From: Olleya sp.
Lineage (GTDB): Bacteria > Bacteroidota > Bacteroidia > Flavobacteriales > Flavobacteriaceae
DNA: 54,341 nt
Assembly: GCA_023300575.1 (NCBI GenBank)
Contig: JALZUT010000081.1
Location: forward strand, 1-54,341
Direction: 5' to 3'
This document shows positions 50,063 through 54,341 of this stretch, piece after piece. Made by a program: the position numbers and the translations under genes. The notes beneath the pieces were generated by a model. That model was not told where the DNA came from, searched no databases, and saw only the letters and a program-made list of their open reading frames with translations. Position 1 is the stretch's first letter. Each line of letters begins with the position of its first letter.

Positions 50063-51166
50063 CTATTGTAGATTTTCTTTTTTTCTTGTTCCAATTCTAC
50101 CTTTAGCAATATCTAAAGCTGCCTGGTGTGTTGTTACATCATTAGCATCAGCATTACTTAAAATTTCTAGAGTTGTATTGTAGATATTTTCGGTTTTACG
50201 CATGATTTCTTGTTTACCATAATTTTGTAATTCTGCATAAACATTTATAATACCACCTGCATTAATTAAAAAATCTGGTGCATAAACAATGCCTTTATTT
50301 TGTAACATTTGACCATGTTTAATCTCGTCTGCTAACTGATTATTTGCAGCACCTGCAATAACTTTAGCTTTAATACTATTTATAGTAGTGTCATTAATAG
50401 TAGCGCCTAATGCACAAGGTGCGTAAATATCTACTTCTTCAGCATATACATTACTACCTCTATAAATAGAAGCACCATACTTTTTACTAACAGCATCTAA
50501 ACGTACTTCATTAATATCATCGATTATTACCTTAGCACCTTCGTTACTTAGATGTTCTACTAAAGATTCTCCAACATGTCCAATTCCTTGAACAATAACT
50601 GTTTTATTTTCTAATACATCACTACCAAACTTGTATTTAGCAGCAGCTTTCATACCCATAAAAACACCATAAGCTGTTATAGGAGAAGGGTTTCCTGCGC
50701 CACCTTTTTCTTCAGATATACCAGTAACGTAAGGTGTTACTTCTCTAACTAAATCCATATCTGTAGTTTCCATCCCTACATCTTCTGCAGTAATGTACTT
50801 TCCTCCTAAACTGTTCACAAATTCACCAAAGCGCCTCATTAATTCAGGTGTTTTTTGTGTTTTAGCATCACCTATAATTACTGCTTTTCCGCCTCCAAGA
50901 TTTAATCCTGTAATAGCCGACTTAAAGGTCATACCTCTAGACAATCTTAACACATCATTTAAAGCTTCCCATTCGTTAGCATATTGCCACATTCTGGTTC
51001 CACCTAAAGCTGGTCCTAATACTGTATTATGTATTCCGATTATTGCTTTTAAACCTGTATCTTTGTCATTGCAAAAGACAATTTGCTCATGATTATCAAA
51101 AGATAATTGTCCAAAAACTGGATCTACTTTGTGTAATTGATTGGTATTTACTAATTCTGTAATCAT
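50063..51166 (-). CDS. Leucine (Glu/Leu/Phe/Val) dehydrogenase
   Basis: LGPALGGTR, GGGKAV, TAEDVG, GIGHVG, GAANNQL. Confidence 0.92.
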   Translation of the reverse strand: MITELVNTNQLHKVDPVFGQLSFDNHEQIVFCNDKDTGLKAIIGIHNTVLGPALGGTRMWQYANEWEALNDVLRLSRGMTFKSAITGLNLGGGKAVIIGDAKTQKTPELMRRFGEFVNSLGGKYITAEDVGMETTDMDLVREVTPYVTGISEEKGGAGNPSPITAYGVFMGMKAAAKYKFGSDVLENKTVIVQGIGHVGESLVEHLSNEGAKVIIDDINEVRLDAVSKKYGASIYRGSNVYAEEVDIYAPCALGATINDTTINSIKAKVIAGAANNQLADEIKHGQMLQNKGIVYAPDFLINAGGIINVYAELQNYGKQEIMRKTENIYNTTLEILSNADANDVTTHQAALDIAKGRIGTRKKENLQ

Positions 51167-51311
51167 CTAAATAGTAATTAAATTAATAGTCTGAAATTAC
51201 ATTATCCGTAAAATCAGTACACAAAATTAACCTTTTATTAATATAAAAACAAAATACCGCATGTTAAAATACGAAATTGTTAAAAATTTTTAATCGCCTT
51301 TTTATTGTTAA

Positions 51312-53054
51312 ATGAAAGAGTTACAGCATCTTAATAAATATTTTTACAAATATAGAACCAGAATCATAATAGGAATACTAATTACAATTGGCTCAAAACT
51401 ATTTACTGTTTTTGTACCAAAACTAATTGGATCTATAATAGATGTGGTGAATAGTCAGATACAAAATCCTGTAGCAGATTTAACCCAATTTGAAACTACA
51501 CTTTTTAAACTAATCTTGTATTTAATTGGTGCTGCAATACTAACAGGAATTTTAACTTTTTTAATGCGTCAAACCATAATTAACGTGTCGCGTTTTATTG
51601 AAAATGATTTAAAAAACGAAGTCTACCAGCAATACCAAAAGTTATCGCTTAACTTTTATAAAAAGAATCGAACAGGAGATTTGATGAATCGTATAAGCGA
51701 AGATGTTGGAAAAGTCCGCATGTACGTTGGTCCTGCTTTAATGTATAGCATCAATACCTTAACCCTTTTTGCGGTTACTTTATTTTTTATGTACAATAAA
51801 GCACCAGAATTAACACTGTATACCATTTTACCACTACCAATATTATCGCTTATAATCTATAAGATAAGTTCTAAAATACATAAACGCAGTACTATTGTAC
51901 AACAATATTTATCAAAATTATCAACTTACTCTCAAGAAGCATTTAGTGGGATTTCTGTTATTAAAGCCTATAGTTTAGAGCCACAAACATATAGTAATTT
52001 TGATGAGTTGGCAGAAACTAGCAAACAAAAACAGTTGGATTTAGTACGTATTCAAGCATTTTTCTTCCCAATGATGTTATTGTTAATTGGACTTAGTAAC
52101 ATTATTGTAATCTATGTTGGTGGTAAGCAATACATGAATGGTGAGATTACGCTTGGAACTATTTCAGAATTTATCATGTACGTTAACATGCTAACTTGGC
52201 CAGTTGCAACTGTGGGTTGGGTAACTTCAATTGTACAAGAAGCAGAAGCCTCTCAAAAACGAATTAATGAGTTTTTAAAAACCGAACCCGAAATACAAAA
52301 TAATAATAGCGAACTATCTAATATTAAAGGTGATATAGAATTTAGAAACGTATCTTTTACTTATGACGACACCAATATACAAGCGCTTAAAAATGTAAGT
52401 TTTAAAGTCAATTCTGGCGAAACACTAGCTATCATTGGTAAAACAGGTTCTGGTAAATCTACTATTTTAGACCTTGTTGGACGTTTGTATGACGTACACA
52501 AAGGCACAATTAGTATAGACCAAAAACCTATAGAAAATTTAAATTTATATAGTTTACGTAAAGCAAGTGGTTACGTGCCACAAGATGCTTTTTTGTTTAG
52601 TGACAGCATTAATAATAACATTAAATTTGGTAAAGAAAACGCGACTGACGACGAAGTAATAGAAGCAGCAAAACAAGCACAAGTACATAAAAACATTGTT
52701 AAGTTTAAAAATCAATACGAAACTGTATTAGGCGAACGTGGTATTACACTTTCTGGCGGACAAAAACAACGTGTTTCTATTGCTAGGGCTATTATAAAAA
52801 AACCTCAAATCATGTTATTTGATGACTGTTTATCTGCTGTAGATACAGAAACAGAAGAAAAAATATTAAACAATCTTAAACAAATAACAGCTGGCAAAAC
52901 TACTATTATAGTTAGTCATAGGATATCTTCAGCTAAAAATGCCAACCAAATAATAGTATTAGATGCTGGAAAAATCGTACAATCCGGAACTCACAAACAG
53001 CTTATAAACACAGACGGATACTACAAAGCGCTCTATTTAAAAACAACTAAATAA
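51312..53054 (+). CDS. ABC exporter, fused permease/ATPase (MdlA-like)
   Basis: 6-TM domain, GKTGSGKST, LSGGQKQR, LFDD. Confidence 0.93.
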   Translation: MKELQHLNKYFYKYRTRIIIGILITIGSKLFTVFVPKLIGSIIDVVNSQIQNPVADLTQFETTLFKLILYLIGAAILTGILTFLMRQTIINVSRFIENDLKNEVYQQYQKLSLNFYKKNRTGDLMNRISEDVGKVRMYVGPALMYSINTLTLFAVTLFFMYNKAPELTLYTILPLPILSLIIYKISSKIHKRSTIVQQYLSKLSTYSQEAFSGISVIKAYSLEPQTYSNFDELAETSKQKQLDLVRIQAFFFPMMLLLIGLSNIIVIYVGGKQYMNGEITLGTISEFIMYVNMLTWPVATVGWVTSIVQEAEASQKRINEFLKTEPEIQNNNSELSNIKGDIEFRNVSFTYDDTNIQALKNVSFKVNSGETLAIIGKTGSGKSTILDLVGRLYDVHKGTISIDQKPIENLNLYSLRKASGYVPQDAFLFSDSINNNIKFGKENATDDEVIEAAKQAQVHKNIVKFKNQYETVLGERGITLSGGQKQRVSIARAIIKKPQIMLFDDCLSAVDTETEEKILNNLKQITAGKTTIIVSHRISSAKNANQIIVLDAGKIVQSGTHKQLINTDGYYKALYLKTTK

Positions 53055-53135
53055 AAATAATTATACTAAATTGTTGTGGCTTCCAACTTTTTTTTTGATT
53101 TTTGAGTTGAAGAATTAACTATAAAACAAATAATT

Positions 53136-53567
53136 ATGCATAATAACGAGATGATGGAGAAGGAAGAAATTTTTTCGAAAGTACTAAGAGCAGGAAGACG
53201 TACTTACTTTTTTGATGTAAGAGCAACAAAAGCTGATGATTATTATTTAACGGTTACGGAAAGTAAAAAATTTACAAATGACGATGGATCATTTCATTAT
53301 AAAAAGCATAAAATCTACTTATACAAAGAAGATTTTAATGAGTTTAATGAAATTTTAAGAGAAATGACTGATTACATCATTACCGAAAAAGGAGATGAAG
53401 TTATTAGCGAGCGTCACCAAAAAGATTTTAAAAAAGAATACGTTACACCTAAACCAGTAGCAGAAACTCCAACAAAAGCAGAAACTTCTCCTGAGGCTTC
53501 ACCTGAAGCTACTCCTGAATCTAGTGCAGAAAGCAGATTTACAGATGTAGATTTTGATGATATATAA
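53136..53567 (+). CDS. PUR-family DNA/RNA-binding protein (DUF3276)
   Basis: GRRTYFFDV, YLTVTESKK, KIYLYKEDF. Confidence 0.88.
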   Translation: MHNNEMMEKEEIFSKVLRAGRRTYFFDVRATKADDYYLTVTESKKFTNDDGSFHYKKHKIYLYKEDFNEFNEILREMTDYIITEKGDEVISERHQKDFKKEYVTPKPVAETPTKAETSPEASPEATPESSAESRFTDVDFDDI

Positions 53568-53603
53568 CTATTTACGATTGTAGCTCTTTGATTTACAATT
53601 ATT

Positions 53604-53641
53604 AAAAAGAGCCCACTTTATATAAAATGGGCTCTTTTTTT
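53604..53641 (+). terminator. Terminator after the PUR-family gene
   Basis: AAAAAGAGCCCA...TGGGCTCTTTTTT. Confidence 0.88.
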
Positions 53642-53731
53642 GTTTCCTATCTTACCTAAATCCTTCCAAAAGGGAAGACAAAATGTGATTACTTGTATGC
53701 TTTAATTTTTATAATTTAATCAGTATTTAAT

Positions 53732-53808
53732 TCACTTATCACTTTTCACTTCTCACTCTTTATTTATCACTCTTCACTTCTCACTCTTCACTTCTCATCA
53801 TTCACTAA
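53732..53808. repeat. Degenerate 7-bp tandem repeat, 11 units, consensus TCACTYY
   Basis: TCACTTA TCACTTT TCACTTC TCACTCT TTATTTA TCACTCT TCACTTC TCACTCT TCACTTC TCATCAT TCACTAA. Confidence 0.9.
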
Positions 53809-53813
53809 ACCTT

Positions 53814-54149
53814 CTAACTCACCACACTCCCATTTAGTACTTTGTTTTCTGGATTAAGTAACACAACATCATTACCATTTACTGCTCCTAGTACTAAACA
53901 CTCACTCATAAACTTAGCAATTTGTTTTTTCGGAAAGTTAATTACTGCAACAATTTGTCTGTTTAATAACTCCTCTTTTTCATACAAGGTTGTAATTTGA
54001 GCGCTGCTTTTTTTAATGCCTAAATCGCCAAAATCTATAGTTAATTGGTAAGATGGGTTATTAGCTTCAGGAAAATCATGGACATCTGTAATCGTCCCAA
54101 TACGAAGATCTACTTTAGTAAAATCATCAAATTGTATTGTTTTGCTCAT
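53814..54149 (-). CDS. csaA: CsaA/Trbp111-type tRNA-binding protein
   Basis: DFTKVDLRIGTI, KKSSAQIT, NFPKKQI, SECLVLG. Confidence 0.85.
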   Translation of the reverse strand: MSKTIQFDDFTKVDLRIGTITDVHDFPEANNPSYQLTIDFGDLGIKKSSAQITTLYEKEELLNRQIVAVINFPKKQIAKFMSECLVLGAVNGNDVVLLNPENKVLNGSVVS

Positions 54150-54341
54150 AAAAAATTATTTAGTTATGCAAGTTAATGTTTTAATCTATACTATAGATAC
54201 ATATAGTTACAGACAAAAGAGTAAGCACTTTGGATAGTGTGTTAAAAAATTTATCTTTACTAGAGAATAGCAACACAAAACTGAGGATAACCTGATTTAT
54301 TTAAGATATATCGTTATTAAAATTGAAAATATAACGAGTTG

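Noticed and set aside
53654-53678. Weak hairpin CTTCC-AAAAG-GGAAG (similar trace at 13045-13074) as REP remnants
   Set aside because: Stems too short and degenerate to support without a genome-wide search.
53732-53808. CRISPR array
   Set aside because: 7-bp contiguous units with no spacers and no cas genes.

Overview
AT-rich chromosomal window from a Bacteroidota (Flavobacteriaceae-type) bacterium, inferred from TAnnTTTG promoters, A-rich translation starts without Shine-Dalgarno sequences, and GLPGLI, GldL-like, DUF1573 and PUR-family genes. Most of it is core genome: thrS-infC-rpmI-rplT, dnaB, accA, lptF/G, tgt, split transketolase, aroK, tRNA-Lys and tRNA-Leu, aconitase, a SurA-type PPIase/MoxR operon, guaB, pyrD, pepT, nusB-DUF1573-yajC and leucine dehydrogenase. 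It also holds a zeaxanthin cluster (CarH-like regulator, crtI-crtB-crtZ-crtY). No integrase, transposase, rRNA or CRISPR array is visible. The least explained features are: (1) an integron-like single gene cassette at 38.4-39.2 kb with promoter, attI-like site, GTT/AAC core pair and attC-like hairpin but no integrase; (2) a Fur-box-flanked operon encoding a porin, an FMN-binding protein and a membrane protein; (3) an EF-hand protein paired with a membrane class III nucleotide cyclase with atypical specificity residues; (4) candidate cis-regulatory elements (boxA at the nusB start, ATA start of infC, a structured rpmI-rplT spacer, DnaA-box-like cluster upstream of dnaB, Flavo-1-like RNAs). All family assignments come from motif recognition by eye; no searches were run.
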